A stretch of 64,000 nt of DNA from Gemmatimonadota bacterium (GCA_963666735.1 OY762926.1:1920001-1984000); one strand, 5' to 3'; shown: positions 47,305-58,459, counted from the first letter of the stretch. The notes: generated by a model not told the origin, from the sequence alone. Program-made: numbers and translations.

Positions 47305-48816
47305 CTACGCCGGCGTCTCCCTGAGCACATCTTCGAGGGTCGCGATCCCCCGTCTCACCTTGGCGAACCCGTCCTGCCGCAGGGTGATCATCCCCTCGCC
47401 GACCGCGTGGCGCTCGATCTCTTCCGAGGATGCGCCCGCCAGGACCAGCCGGCGGATCGCGGGCGACATCGGAAGGACCTCGTACAGACCCTGGCGGCCC
47501 GAGTACCCCGACCCGCCGCACGAATCGCAGCCCGCGCCGCGGTAGAAGGCGCTCCCGCCGCGCCCACCCGCCTCCAGTCCGACCGACTGCAGGATCTCGG
47601 GTGCGTAGTCCGTCTCGGTTCGACAGTCGGGGCAGATGCGGCCGATGAGCCGCTGGGCGGTGATCACCTTGACGGCGACGGCGACGTTGAACGCCTCGAC
47701 CCCCATGTCCACCAGACGCGTCGGCGTCGAGGCGGCGTCATTGGTGTGGAGCGTGGAGAGCACGAGATGGCCGGTGAGCGCCGCCTTCACGGCGATCCCG
47801 CCCGTCTCGCGGTCGCGGATCTCGCCCACCATGAGGATGTTCGGATCCTGCCGCAGGAAGGCGCGAAGCGTCGTGGCGAAGGTAAGGCCGATCTTCGGGC
47901 GAATCTGGACCTGGTTGATGCCGTCGATGCTGTACTCGACCGGATCCTCGGCGGTCATGATGTTCGCCTCCGGCGTGTTGAGTCTCGCGAGCGCGCTATA
48001 GAGCGTCGTGGTCTTCCCGGATCCCGTGGGACCCGTGACCAGGACCATGCCCGATGTCTGTGAGATCGCGCCGAGCAGCGCGCGTTCCGCGCGTGCCTCC
48101 ATCCCGAAGGATTCGAGGTCGAAGGCCTGCCGCTCCCTGTCGAGGATTCGGAGGACGAGTTTCTCGCCGAACAGCGTGGGAAGCGTCGAGACGCGGAAGT
48201 CGATGACTCGGTCGGCGACCGGCATGCGGATCCGGCCGTCCTGGGGTATCCGGCGTTCCGCGATGTTCAGGTCCGCCAGGATCTTGAGGCGAGACGTCAG
48301 GGCCGCGGCCATCTGAAAGGGCGGACGCATGATCTCGCGCAGCCTCCCATCCAGGCGATAGCGGACGCGCAGTTCACTCTCGTACGGCTCGACGTGAACG
48401 TCCGAGGCGCCGCGATGTACCGCATCGCCGAGGATGTCGTTGATGAGCCGGACGGCCGGCTCCTCACCCGCTTCGACCGAGCCGGCCTCGGCGGGCGATG
48501 CCTCGGCCACCTCCCTCGCGCGCCGTTTCTCGCGTGTCGCGCCGGCCCCGTAGCTCCGGTCGATCCGTTGGCGAAGCGTGCGTTCTCCGACCCTGACGGC
48601 CTCGACCTCGAACTGGGTGAGGAAGGCCAGATCGTCGATGAGCGCCGCATCGGACGGATCGGCCATCGCGACCGAAAGCGTCCGGCCCGCACGCCGCAGC
48701 GGGAGTACGAGATGCCGGCGCGCGAATTCCGCCGGGATGAGACGAAGGGCGTTCGGATCCGAGGCCAGGCGCCTGTGCGTCGGGGCCGGGGTATCCGGGG
48801 CCGGCGAAGGAATCAC
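47305..48816 (-). CDS. pilB: Pilus extension ATPase PilB
   Basis: ASDVHVEP, GPTGSGKTTT, LRQDPNI, GRICPDC...GCDSC; GTG start overlapping comEA stop inferred. Confidence 0.93.
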   Translation of the reverse strand: MIPSPAPDTPAPTHRRLASDPNALRLIPAEFARRHLVLPLRRAGRTLSVAMADPSDAALIDDLAFLTQFEVEAVRVGERTLRQRIDRSYGAGATREKRRAREVAEASPAEAGSVEAGEEPAVRLINDILGDAVHRGASDVHVEPYESELRVRYRLDGRLREIMRPPFQMAAALTSRLKILADLNIAERRIPQDGRIRMPVADRVIDFRVSTLPTLFGEKLVLRILDRERQAFDLESFGMEARAERALLGAISQTSGMVLVTGPTGSGKTTTLYSALARLNTPEANIMTAEDPVEYSIDGINQVQIRPKIGLTFATTLRAFLRQDPNILMVGEIRDRETGGIAVKAALTGHLVLSTLHTNDAASTPTRLVDMGVEAFNVAVAVKVITAQRLIGRICPDCRTETDYAPEILQSVGLEAGGRGGSAFYRGAGCDSCGGSGYSGRQGLYEVLPMSPAIRRLVLAGASSEEIERHAVGEGMITLRQDGFAKVRRGIATLEDVLRETPA

Positions 48817-49490
48817 GGCGCGCTCGCGCATACCCGTTCCCGGAAGCGCGCGAGGGAGCGCGCCCCGATGCCTCGGACGCGGGTGATGGCTTCGGGGGTT
48901 TCGAACGGCCCGTTCGCGCTTCGGTCCTCAATGATACGGGTCGCGAGAGCGGGTCCGATGCCGGACAGGCTCTCGAGTTGTTCGCGATCGGCCCGATTGA
49001 GATCGATCCGCGCGCCTCCGGGCGGACAGCCCGTCAACGTCAACGTCGGCCTGGCGGGAGCGGAGCCCGAACGGGGCACCGCGGGCTCGAAGCGGAGATA
49101 CGGCGCGAGTCGGCGCGCGGTGACCTCCCCCACGCCGCCTACCCGCTCCAAGTCGGCCGCGCTGCGGAAGGAAGCACGGTCCCGCTCCTCGATGAGAGCC
49201 GCCGCCAAGCTCGGACCGACGCCGGGCAGACGGCGCAACTCGTCGGCCGGAACACGGTTCACATCGATCTGCTCGCCGTCGGCGAGCGGGGTCTGCGCCC
49301 GCTGCTCCCGGGTCAGGGCCGCGACGACCTCGCCCTCGATGCCCTCCAGATCCGTCGCGGGATCGATCTCCCCGAGACCCTCCACCCGGCCGGGGTCCGG
49401 CGCGAGGAGGGTGCGCGTCACGAGACTCACCCCCACGAGCACGAGCGCGGCGCCCAGCGCCTTGCGTTCCGCACGATTCAGATCCCACAC
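48813..49490 (-). CDS. comEA: ComEA family helix-hairpin-helix DNA-uptake protein
   Basis: TM plus two HhH modules: IDVN...LPGVGPSLA; IDLNRA...LSGIGPALA. Confidence 0.88.
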   Translation of the reverse strand: MWDLNRAERKALGAALVLVGVSLVTRTLLAPDPGRVEGLGEIDPATDLEGIEGEVVAALTREQRAQTPLADGEQIDVNRVPADELRRLPGVGPSLAAALIEERDRASFRSAADLERVGGVGEVTARRLAPYLRFEPAVPRSGSAPARPTLTLTGCPPGGARIDLNRADREQLESLSGIGPALATRIIEDRSANGPFETPEAITRVRGIGARSLARFRERVCASAP

Positions 49491-49570
49491 CCCGCACCTC
49501 CCCCTGTATCAGGACCGATTCCTGCACGAGGATCGGGAAGCGGATCAACCGGGCGTCAAACGGTCATGCG

Positions 49571-50251
49571 TCAGAAGATGAAGGTGATCTCGGCCCAGCC
49601 GTCGACCGGGTTCCCGTGGCGCAGCGCGGGCCGGTATTCCCACGCCCGCACCTGGCGCATGATGTCGCGGTTGAAGTCCTCGTCCGGGGTCGGGGGATCC
49701 AGTTCGACGAGGCCGGGACGCCCGGTGGCGTCGACGAAGACGCGCACCGTCACTTCCATGCCGCGGACGGAGCCGGGGGGATCCCAGTGCGGCACGACGG
49801 ATCTCGGCGAGGGCGACACGTACCCGTCGCCCTCGCCCCCGCTCGCCCCATCGTCCCCGAGACCGGTCCCCGCCCCGCTCCCGGCCGAGGGCGCCGGCGC
49901 GCCGACGGGGAGCAGTTCGGAGGACACATCTATCTCTGCTTCCCGGACCTCGATGTCGGGCATGTCGACGGCGAGGACGGGCCGCGGAGGCGGCGGAATC
50001 TCGATCCTCCGGGGCATGGAAACCCGCAGCGCCTGCATACCGCCCCCGCCGGCGGGGAGATCCGGATCCGCGCCGGGCCGGGCCGCCCGCTCCAACTCCG
50101 GCGCCGGGCGCACCCACGCGAGGAGCAGGAACGCGTGCAGGAGCGCGGAGGCGAGCATCCCGCCCCACCACACCGCCCGTTCCCGGGCGCGGGAGCGCGA
50201 TGACGCGACCCCGAATCGCCAATCCGGCCGTTTCCTTGTCGTCGTGCGCAC
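49571..50251 (-). CDS. TonB-like energy transducer
   Basis: SALLH TM motif, Pro/Gly linker, VRVFVDATG...WEYRPA...G.PV; start inferred. Confidence 0.75.
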   Translation of the reverse strand: MRTTTRKRPDWRFGVASSRSRARERAVWWGGMLASALLHAFLLLAWVRPAPELERAARPGADPDLPAGGGGMQALRVSMPRRIEIPPPPRPVLAVDMPDIEVREAEIDVSSELLPVGAPAPSAGSGAGTGLGDDGASGGEGDGYVSPSPRSVVPHWDPPGSVRGMEVTVRVFVDATGRPGLVELDPPTPDEDFNRDIMRQVRAWEYRPALRHGNPVDGWAEITFIF

Positions 50252-50396
50252 AGGTCCGATCCGACTCCAAAAGGGTGATGAAGCATCGTACGGCGGGCCG
50301 CCATTGCAGGTTCCCGGAGCTTGCCGCCCGGTCAGGCCCTCCGGCACATTGTGCGCCACCCGACACGTCTCCATCCAGGAGCCATCTTCCGTCTCC

Positions 50397-51428
50397 ATGA
50401 AAGCGATCCGCAAACCCGGGGCGGCCCCCGGCCTCGTGCTGTGCGACGCGCCGGTGCCCGAGATTCGCTCCCGCGACGTGCTCATCAAGGTGCGGCGGGC
50501 GGGGATCTGCGGCACGGATCTGCACATCCGGCAGTGGGACCGCTGGTCGCGGCATCGCGTGAATCCGCCCGTCACCCTCGGCCACGAATTCATGGGAGAA
50601 GTCGTCGAGACCGGACGGCTGGTGCGGAACGTCGAGGTCGGCGACCGCGTGTCGGCGGAAGGGCACCTGGTCTGCGGACACTGCGAATACTGCGGCACCG
50701 AGCAGGCGCACGTGTGCCGGGACACCCGGATCATCGGCATCGACCGGGACGGCGCGTTCGCGGAGTACGTCTCCATTCCGGCGGCGAACATCATCCACAT
50801 CCCCGATTCCATCCACGACGATCTGGCGGCGGTATTCGATCCGCTCGGCAACGCTTTCCACACGGTTTTGCACACGGAGGTGGCGGGACGGGTCGTCGCC
50901 GTGGTCGGATGCGGCCCGATAGGCCTGTTCGCCGTCGGGATCGCGCGCGCGGCGGGCGCTTCGAGGGTCATCGCGGTCGAGCCGCACGCGGGACGGCGGA
51001 AACTCGCGGCGCGGATGGGTGCGCACGACGGCCTCGACCCGGCGGACGGGGACGTGGAGGCGCGGATCGCCGACCTCACGCACGGCTACGGGGCCCACGT
51101 GGTGTGCGAGATGAGCGGACACCCCGAGGGCGTGCGCTCCGCGTTCCGCATCTGCCGAAACGGCGGCCACGTCCGGCTGCTGGGACTTCCCAAGGACAAG
51201 GCGGAGGTCAATCTGGCGCGCGACGTGATCTTCAAGGGTCTCCACGTGTACGGCGTGGTGGGGCGGCTCATGTACCGGACGTGGATCGAGATGCGGGATT
51301 TCCTGGCGTCGGGACGCCTCGACATCGAGCCGGTGATCACGCACAGGCTCCCGTTCGACCGCTTCGAGGAAGGGTTCGACGCCATGCATTCCGGCGAGGC
51401 GGCGAAGGTCGTCCTCGCGCTGGACTAG
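50397..51428 (+). CDS. tdh: L-threonine 3-dehydrogenase
   Basis: GICGTDLHI, GHEFMG, VSAEGH..CGHCEYC, DPLGNAFH. Confidence 0.95.
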   Translation: MKAIRKPGAAPGLVLCDAPVPEIRSRDVLIKVRRAGICGTDLHIRQWDRWSRHRVNPPVTLGHEFMGEVVETGRLVRNVEVGDRVSAEGHLVCGHCEYCGTEQAHVCRDTRIIGIDRDGAFAEYVSIPAANIIHIPDSIHDDLAAVFDPLGNAFHTVLHTEVAGRVVAVVGCGPIGLFAVGIARAAGASRVIAVEPHAGRRKLAARMGAHDGLDPADGDVEARIADLTHGYGAHVVCEMSGHPEGVRSAFRICRNGGHVRLLGLPKDKAEVNLARDVIFKGLHVYGVVGRLMYRTWIEMRDFLASGRLDIEPVITHRLPFDRFEEGFDAMHSGEAAKVVLALD

Positions 51429-51638
51429 GCGCCAGACTCGTCACGCCGCTCATGAAGGGGGTCGTGGCCAGGGCGATCGCAGCGGATTTCCATGCCGTGA
51501 AGGCCTACCACGAGGCGGTCGGATTCATTGTCACGATTCACACCCCCAAGGCGTTCCCAAGGCAGCTATCAGGTTGAAGCCGGACGCTGGAACGGCACAC
51601 CTTGTTCCAGTGTTGAAACTCATGCGGAACGGTGCCCA

Positions 51639-52936
51639 ATGCTTGCCGATTTGACCCCCTTCGCGCGACGGATCCAACCAGGAACGGTCCAAATCGCTGC
51701 CGCACTGCTGGCGACCATTGCGGTCTCGGCAACGCCGGGGGTCGCGGGGACCCAGGAAGTGATCGAACTCCCGGGCGAAGACCACTGGCTGGAGGCCGAC
51801 TTCGAGGAGGTCTACCGGGTGGGGTCCGCGCTTGGCGATGCTTGGGAAGAGTTCGGTACGATCGGCCGGGTGGGGTTCGACGACGCCGGGAACCTCCACG
51901 TGCTCGATCGCCTGGCTGCGCGGGTCGTCGTCGTGAACCCGGACGGAGACCTCGTTCGCGAATTCGGTCGCAGAGGCGAAGGGCCGGGTGAATTCCAATC
52001 GCCCATGGACATGGTGATCATGTCCGATGGCAGGGTCGTAATCGCGGACAGGGGACAGCGCGCGTACCACCTCTTCTCTCCCACCGGGGACTTCGAACGC
52101 ATGGTACGTATGGGCCGCATGGCGCAAGTTCGGGAAATGTACCCCGAGGCCGGTGGAGAATCCGTCGTCAGGGGTGCAAGAATGCTGGGCTTTTCGTTTC
52201 AAGTCGCGGGCGAGTCGACAATCGGCCCCTCCGCCGACCCACGTTCGATCGAACGAGTCTTCCTCACCGGGGACGAGGCGACGGTGGAAACCGCGGCCGA
52301 CGTATGGGGCCCCGCCTGGACCAGGCCGACCGAACGCCTGATTGCCGGGGGGCCGCAGAAAATCATGAGCCGGGGCCCCCGGAGAGGGTTTGAACCGGAG
52401 CTGTTCGCGGGTGTGCTCCCCGGCGGAGGCATCGCATTCTCGGACTCTTCCGCATACGCGATCAAGCTCGCGGAACGGGATGGCCGGATCAGTTCGATAC
52501 TTGCGCGACCTTTTCGCCTGAGCCCGTTACGGAACGCGTGATGCAGGCGGAGAGGAACCGCAGGTTGAGGGACCTGGAAGATGGTCCGGAAAGTCCGGTC
52601 TCCCGGTCCGGAGGCGCAATGACGATATCCGGGACCGGGGCCCGGGCGCGCGAGCGAATCGAGACGCTGGAGTTCGCCGAAGAAATTCCCGTCGTGCGAG
52701 ACCTGCACACGAGTTGGGGCGGCCGGATCTGGGTCCTGCGCCGTGGCGAAGAACCGGCCAGCGACGGTCCCATCGACATCCTCGCCGCTGATGGCCGCTA
52801 CCTCGGGAGCTACCGCACCGGAGCTACGCGGCTTCCAGACGCCTTCGGGCCCGAAGGGCTGGCAGCCTTCATCGAACGGGACGAGCTCGATGTCCAGACG
52901 GTGATCGTGAAGCGACTCCCGCGCACGGTCAACTGA
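51639..52936 (+). pseudogene. Secreted 6-bladed beta-propeller, frameshifted near 52517
   Basis: FGRRGEGPGEF; ...ILARPFR continues as [12 protein letters not shown]...[10 protein letters not shown] in another frame. Confidence 0.82.
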
Positions 52937-53358
52937 TGTCTGCGGAGGCGGCGAAGCTTGTGAAGGATCGGTTCAGAGCGGGGGTGCTTGGCGTCTGCGT
53001 CGCTGCGGTCGGATCGCTATTCGGAGACCGACCGGGCGGGGCGCTCAGGAGATCATCGAACGTCGCCCGACAACCTGGTTCGCAACTCAACACCCAACCA
53101 CCGACCTCCCAGCTAGGGCCGACTCCGGCCATGTACCAAACCGGCCATAACCATTGAGGAGACCCGCGATCAGAACCGGTCAGGGCTACGTGGGTCTGCG
53201 GCCGGAAGCGCAGGCGCGGGGTCAGTCTGTCTTGGTCGTGAAAGCTGATTTCGTGACCGCCAAGGTCTTGGAGACCGATGTTCCTCGCAGTACTGGCGAG
53301 CTTAGCTTTCGCCAATCTCCCGTCCCGTAACTTCGACCAACTCCGAGAGGCCCATGCG

Positions 53359-53877
53359 ATGAAGTCCCATCCCTGGATTCGAGCTGCCGCCTTGTCAGTT
53401 CTGGCCTTCGCTGCCGCACCCAATACCGCTCGCGCTCAGCCACTCCAGCCACGACCGGCTACCGAGGTACGCCTGTCGGGCGAACCGACCCTCGCCGTCG
53501 GAAGGCTCGACAGACCGACCGAGTACCTATTTGCGGATATCAACGCCGGCGCTCTGCTCGCCGACGGCAGTATGGTGGTGTCCGACGGGCAGCTTTTTCG
53601 GGTTCAGAGGTTCAGCGCCGAAGGGGAGCACCTGTGGAGCCGGGGCAGCGAGGGCGAGGGCCCAGGCGAGTTCGAGTATGTGCAGATCGCGGAAGGGTGT
53701 GCGAACGCGGAGTCGATCATCGTATACGACATCTGGACCACGCGTGTCTACGTGTACGACGGAGAAGGAAATCTGGTTGACGAGTACCGTCTTCTGTACA
53801 ACGACCATGGGTCCAGCTTGCCCCAGCCGGCGCGGCAGGCTCCGAGTCGGCGGGTCCCGTGTTCGCAGGCTACGTGA
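53359..53877 (+). pseudogene. 3'-truncated 6-bladed beta-propeller
   Basis: Signal peptide, GSEGEGPGEF, similarity stops at about LLYND (~150 aa). Confidence 0.7.
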
Positions 53878-54224
53878 AGTCAATCAACCTGAACCTGTCA
53901 CGTGACCTGCGCCAAGATACGGATGGCGAGTTGCAAGCAGGCCGCCGCCGCCATTTCCTATGGCTTGAATTCTTTCCTGGTGACTCAGCAGCAGCCCAGA
54001 CGCTGCGGGCTCTTCGTGATGGACCGGGCGGCGGCGTCGCCGCTTTCAGCTGTCGGGCGAATGACGAATCAGGTGAGTGGCACGGAACCGTAAGGTTGGT
54101 GGATGATCCATTCGCTGAGGATGAGACGAGCCTGAGAGCAACCTTCGATAGCATCGGTGAGTCTGATATCCGACCACCGCCCCATCTCGCCGAAGCTTCA
54201 CCGTCAAGCTCCACCAGCGACTGA
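53859..54224 (+). CDS. Possible hypothetical protein or fragment
   Basis: 121-aa ORF with protein-like composition, no recognised motif. Confidence 0.3.
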   Translation: MFAGYVKSINLNLSRDLRQDTDGELQAGRRRHFLWLEFFPGDSAAAQTLRALRDGPGGGVAAFSCRANDESGEWHGTVRLVDDPFAEDETSLRATFDSIGESDIRPPPHLAEASPSSSTSD

Positions 54225-54458
54225 TCCGGCCAGACGCACCAACGGTCGTGGCCTAGTTTTTATTGCAAGTCCCCTGATTATCCCAAGGCTGGATGCGGGT
54301 TTCTTGATCTACAGATCGTACTTGATGCTGGGGGATCTCGGATCCGCGAGGATCGTGGTACGCATGAACGACAGGTACGATCTCGCCGTTCTCGATTCGT
54401 CCTCGGGTGGCGAGGTGGGCAGGATTCAACGAGGGGATGGCGCGGGACGCTGAGAGCG

Positions 54459-55217
54459 ATGGGATGGTTCGTCGTGAGCAGACTGCCTACAAACAAGCGA
54501 GTTGTTCACGCTACGGGACCAAGTGGTCGCGCGTTGTTGCGCACACGTCTCGTGGTTCTCGGTGCGACGCGTCCCGCCCCCTTGGCCCTGACGCTCGCGG
54601 TGCTGCTGGCGACCGGGTGCTGGCGCATCGGGGATGCCACGCCCAGCGACGCGCTCGTCACCTGGGCCGCCTACCCCGAGACGGTGCGAGTGAACGAACC
54701 CTTCTCGTTCGAGTTCGCCGGCCCGGTGTCTCCCGACCAGTGCGGACGGCTCGACACGGCCACCCTGGCGATCACCGACGCCTCGGTCGAACTCGCCGCC
54801 GTGCGGAACACCTTCAGCACCATGTGCTCGCCGCAGAACGTCAGCTTCTACGAGGCGCGGCCGCTGAGGATCGCGACGCCGGGAGCGTATCGCGTGCGCG
54901 GCTCGGCCGGCATCGATCTCGGCACCCTGATCGTCACCGACACCGGGTCCTTCTCCGGCATCCGGGCGTGGGGCGAGGGCACCATCCGCGAGGCGGCCGG
55001 GTGCTGGTTGTTCGGCCCGGGGTGGATCGGGAGCCAGCGGGTGTTCGCGCTCGACGGCCTCAGCCCCGAGCTTCGCGAGGTGGGGACCGAGCGGGTTCTC
55101 CACGTGCGCGGACGGTTGCGGGCCTTCTCCGACTGCGGCAACTGGGGTTCGCGCCCCAGAATCCGTGTGGACACCGCGTGGGCGACCGACAAGACGGTCG
55201 GCGATCTCTATCCGTGA
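54459..55217 (+). CDS. Hypothetical lipoprotein
   Basis: Lipobox LLATGC, host-like codon usage; true start probably downstream of 54459. Confidence 0.7.
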   Translation: MGWFVVSRLPTNKRVVHATGPSGRALLRTRLVVLGATRPAPLALTLAVLLATGCWRIGDATPSDALVTWAAYPETVRVNEPFSFEFAGPVSPDQCGRLDTATLAITDASVELAAVRNTFSTMCSPQNVSFYEARPLRIATPGAYRVRGSAGIDLGTLIVTDTGSFSGIRAWGEGTIREAAGCWLFGPGWIGSQRVFALDGLSPELREVGTERVLHVRGRLRAFSDCGNWGSRPRIRVDTAWATDKTVGDLYP

Positions 55218-55284
55218 GCGACACGAGTCCGGGACGGCGCGATCATGGCACGGTATCATGACACTGTATGAGGAGCGGGATGTG

Positions 55285-56484
55285 ATGACGGCGAATGTGA
55301 ACCGGGGCCTCGAGCACCGCCTCGTCTCCGAACTCGGGGAGATGAGGGAGAACGGGGTTCACAAGGAACTGCTGCACATCATGGGGCGGCAGGCGCCCGT
55401 CGTGGACATCGATGGTCTGGGCGAGACCATCAACATGTGCTCGAACAACTACCTGGGCCTGTGCGACGAACCCTCCGTGATGCGGGCCGTGAAGGACGGG
55501 GTGGACAAGTACGGGGCCGGGACCTCCTCGGTGCGCTTCATCTGCGGGACGTTCGACATTCACCGCGAACTCGAGGCGGTGATCGCGGACTTCCTCGAGA
55601 CGCCGGCCTCCCTCACCTACACCTCCGCGTGGAACGCGAACGAGGGCCTCTTCGCGCCGCTCCTGGGGCCGGAAGACGCCCTGATCTCGGACCGCCTCAA
55701 CCACGCCTGCATCATCGACGGGATCCGCCTCTGCAAGGCGCGCCGCTTCATCTACGACCACATGGACATGGATTCGCTGCGCGACGCCCTCGAGGCGAGC
55801 CGGGACGCCCGCCACCGGCTCGTCATCACGGACGGCATCTTCTCGATGGAGGGGGAGATCGCGCCGCTCCCGGAGATCCGGGAACTGTGCGACCGCTACG
55901 ACGCGATCATGGCGGTGGACGACTCGCACGCCACGGGGGTGCTCGGCGACACGGGACGCGGGACGCCCGAACACTTCGGGATGCACGGCGAAGTCGACAT
56001 CGTCACGTCGACGCTCGGCAAGGCGCTCGGGGGCATGGCGGGCGGCTTTACGGCGAGTTCCGACGCGGTGATCGACTATCTCATCCAGGCGTCGCGCACG
56101 CAGTTGTTCACCAACGCCCTGCCCTGCCACTCGGCTGCCGGGGCCATGGCCGCGATCGAGCACCTGGAGGCGCATCCCGAACTCGTGGCCCGCCTCCGCG
56201 ACAACACGGAGTACTATCGCGAGGGACTGATCGAACTCGGGTACAAGCCGATTCCCGGCGGCACGCCCATCGTTCCCGTGATCGTCGGAAGGACGGCGGA
56301 TGCGATACGGCTCAGCCGCGAACTGCTGCGCGAGGGCGTCTTCGTCATCGGGTTCGGGTATCCCGTGGTCCCGCGCGGCGAGGCCCGGATTCGCTGTCAG
56401 TTGTCGGCCGCGCACGAGCGTGAACACATCGACGCCGCCCTCGCCGCCCTGAAGAAGGTCGGCCGGCGGCTCAACCTGATCTGA
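55285..56484 (+). CDS. kbl: Glycine C-acetyltransferase
   Basis: CSNNYLGL, SVRFICGT, DDSHATG, STLGKALGG, PVVPRGEARIR. Confidence 0.95.
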   Translation: MTANVNRGLEHRLVSELGEMRENGVHKELLHIMGRQAPVVDIDGLGETINMCSNNYLGLCDEPSVMRAVKDGVDKYGAGTSSVRFICGTFDIHRELEAVIADFLETPASLTYTSAWNANEGLFAPLLGPEDALISDRLNHACIIDGIRLCKARRFIYDHMDMDSLRDALEASRDARHRLVITDGIFSMEGEIAPLPEIRELCDRYDAIMAVDDSHATGVLGDTGRGTPEHFGMHGEVDIVTSTLGKALGGMAGGFTASSDAVIDYLIQASRTQLFTNALPCHSAAGAMAAIEHLEAHPELVARLRDNTEYYREGLIELGYKPIPGGTPIVPVIVGRTADAIRLSRELLREGVFVIGFGYPVVPRGEARIRCQLSAAHEREHIDAALAALKKVGRRLNLI

Positions 56485-56523
56485 CGCCATTGGCGCCATC
56501 GAGACTGCGGGGAGCATGGGATC

Positions 56524-57228
56524 GTGACTGAGCGCGGACTGAATCGGGAGATGCCCGGGGGGATGGTCATCACCCCGTCGATCCTGGCCGCCGACTACGC
56601 GCGGCTGGGAGCGGAGGTGGCCGAGGCGGAGGCCGCGGGGGCGGAGTGGTTCCAGCTCGACGTGATGGACGGGCACTTCGTCCCCAACCTCACGATCGGG
56701 CTGCCGGTGCTGGAGTCGTTGCGCGCGGTTTCCGGCTCGTTCCTCGACGTGCACCTGATGATCGACAACCCCGGCGAGTTCCTCGAGCCCTTCGCGGCGG
56801 CGGGCGCCGACATGCTCACGGTCCACCAGGAGGCGTCGGCCCACCTGCACGGGGACCTGCACCGGATCCGGGAGCTGGGCTGCTACGCCGGCGTCGCCTT
56901 GAACCCGGCCACCCCCGCGGAGACGCTGGCGGAAGTCCTGGGGTACGTGGACCTCGTCCTCGTGATGACGGTGAACCCGGGGTTCGGGGGACAGAAGTTC
57001 ATCGCCGAGGCGGTGCCGAAGATATCCACGGTGCTTCGCATGGCGGCGGATCGCGGGCTGGCGCCCCCGGCCATCCAGGTCGACGGAGGGATCGACCCGA
57101 CCTCGGCTCCGGTGTGCGCGGCCGCGGGGGCGTCGGTGTTCGTGGCCGGCTCGTCGGTCTTCCGCTGGGCGCCCGGCATCGACGCGAACATGGCGGCGCT
57201 GCGCGACGCGCTCGCGCCCTTCGGCTGA
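56524..57228 (+). CDS. rpe: Ribulose-phosphate 3-epimerase
   Basis: PSILAAD, DVMDGHFVPNL, MTVNPGFGGQ, VDGGI. Confidence 0.96.
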   Translation: MTERGLNREMPGGMVITPSILAADYARLGAEVAEAEAAGAEWFQLDVMDGHFVPNLTIGLPVLESLRAVSGSFLDVHLMIDNPGEFLEPFAAAGADMLTVHQEASAHLHGDLHRIRELGCYAGVALNPATPAETLAEVLGYVDLVLVMTVNPGFGGQKFIAEAVPKISTVLRMAADRGLAPPAIQVDGGIDPTSAPVCAAAGASVFVAGSSVFRWAPGIDANMAALRDALAPFG

Positions 57229-57235
57229 GGTCGCG

Positions 57236-58444
57236 GTGAACGGCGGCGGGCTTTCGCGCGAAGAACTCGTCCGCTACGGGCGGCACCTGAGCATCCCGGA
57301 GGTGGGGATGGAGGGGCAGCGGCGCCTGCGGGCCTCGAGCGTGCTCATCGTGGGCGCGGGCGGGCTGGGGTCGCCGGCGGCGCTCTACCTGGCCGCGGCG
57401 GGCGTGGGGCGGCTCGGACTCGTGGACCACGACCGCGTGGAACTCTCCAACCTGCAACGCCAGGTGCTCTACGACACGGATTCGGTCGGGACGCCGAAGC
57501 TCGCCTCCGCCCGGACGCGACTCGCGGGCCTCAACCCGGACGTGGCCATCGAGACCTTCGAGACGCGCCTGGATTCCGGGAATGCGCTGGAGATCCTCGA
57601 GGGGTGGGACTTCGTCATCGACGGGAGCGACAACTTCCCGACGCGGTATCTCGTGAACGACGCGTGCGTGATGCTCGGGACGCCCTTCGCGTACGGAGCC
57701 ATCCTGCGCTTCGAGGGCCAGGCTTCGGTCTTCGCCGCGCCCGATGGCCCCTGCTACCGGTGCCTGTTTCGGGACCCGCCGCCGCCGGACCTCGTGCCCA
57801 ACTGCGCGGAGGCCGGGGTTCTCGGCGTCCTGCCCGGGATCGTAGGGTCGATCCAGGCAAACGAGGCGATCAAATGGCTGGCGGGGATCGGCGAGCCGCT
57901 CGCCGGGCGCCTGCTCCTCATCGACGCGCTCCGCATGGAGTTCCGCTCGCTGGATACCGCCCCGGACCCCGAGTGCGTGGTGTGCGGCCCCGAGCCGAGC
58001 GTGACGGAACTCATCGACTACGAGCGCTTCTGCGGAGAGACCGGCGGCGAGGCGGCGACGGGCGGCGAAGGCGGCGCGGAGGACGGCGCGGGGACGGAGG
58101 ATACAGGGGATACCATGGAAGATGTCGACATCGATGTGCACGAACTGAAGCGCCGGATCGATGCCGGCGAGCGCTTCCAGCTCATCGACGTGCGCGAAGA
58201 CTACGAGTGGGCGATCTGCAATCTGGAGGGGGCCGGCGCGCGGCTCGTGCCGCTCGCGACGCTCCCCGCGGCGGTCGAGAGCTTCGACGCGTCGGAGCCG
58301 CTCATCATCCACTGCCGCTCGGGTCCCCGCGGCGACCGCGCCGTCGAGTACCTGCGCGCGACCGGGTTCGACCACGCGGTGAACCTCGCGGGCGGCATCC
58401 TTGCCTGGGCGGAGGAGATCGATCCCGCCATGCCGCAGTACTGA
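57236..58444 (+). CDS. moeB: Molybdopterin-synthase adenylyltransferase with rhodanese domain
   Basis: GAGGLGSP, SNLQRQ, PCYRC, C-terminal IDVRE...HCRSG. Confidence 0.93.
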   Translation: MNGGGLSREELVRYGRHLSIPEVGMEGQRRLRASSVLIVGAGGLGSPAALYLAAAGVGRLGLVDHDRVELSNLQRQVLYDTDSVGTPKLASARTRLAGLNPDVAIETFETRLDSGNALEILEGWDFVIDGSDNFPTRYLVNDACVMLGTPFAYGAILRFEGQASVFAAPDGPCYRCLFRDPPPPDLVPNCAEAGVLGVLPGIVGSIQANEAIKWLAGIGEPLAGRLLLIDALRMEFRSLDTAPDPECVVCGPEPSVTELIDYERFCGETGGEAATGGEGGAEDGAGTEDTGDTMEDVDIDVHELKRRIDAGERFQLIDVREDYEWAICNLEGAGARLVPLATLPAAVESFDASEPLIIHCRSGPRGDRAVEYLRATGFDHAVNLAGGILAWAEEIDPAMPQY

Positions 58445-58459
58445 CGGCGGCCCGAGTCT

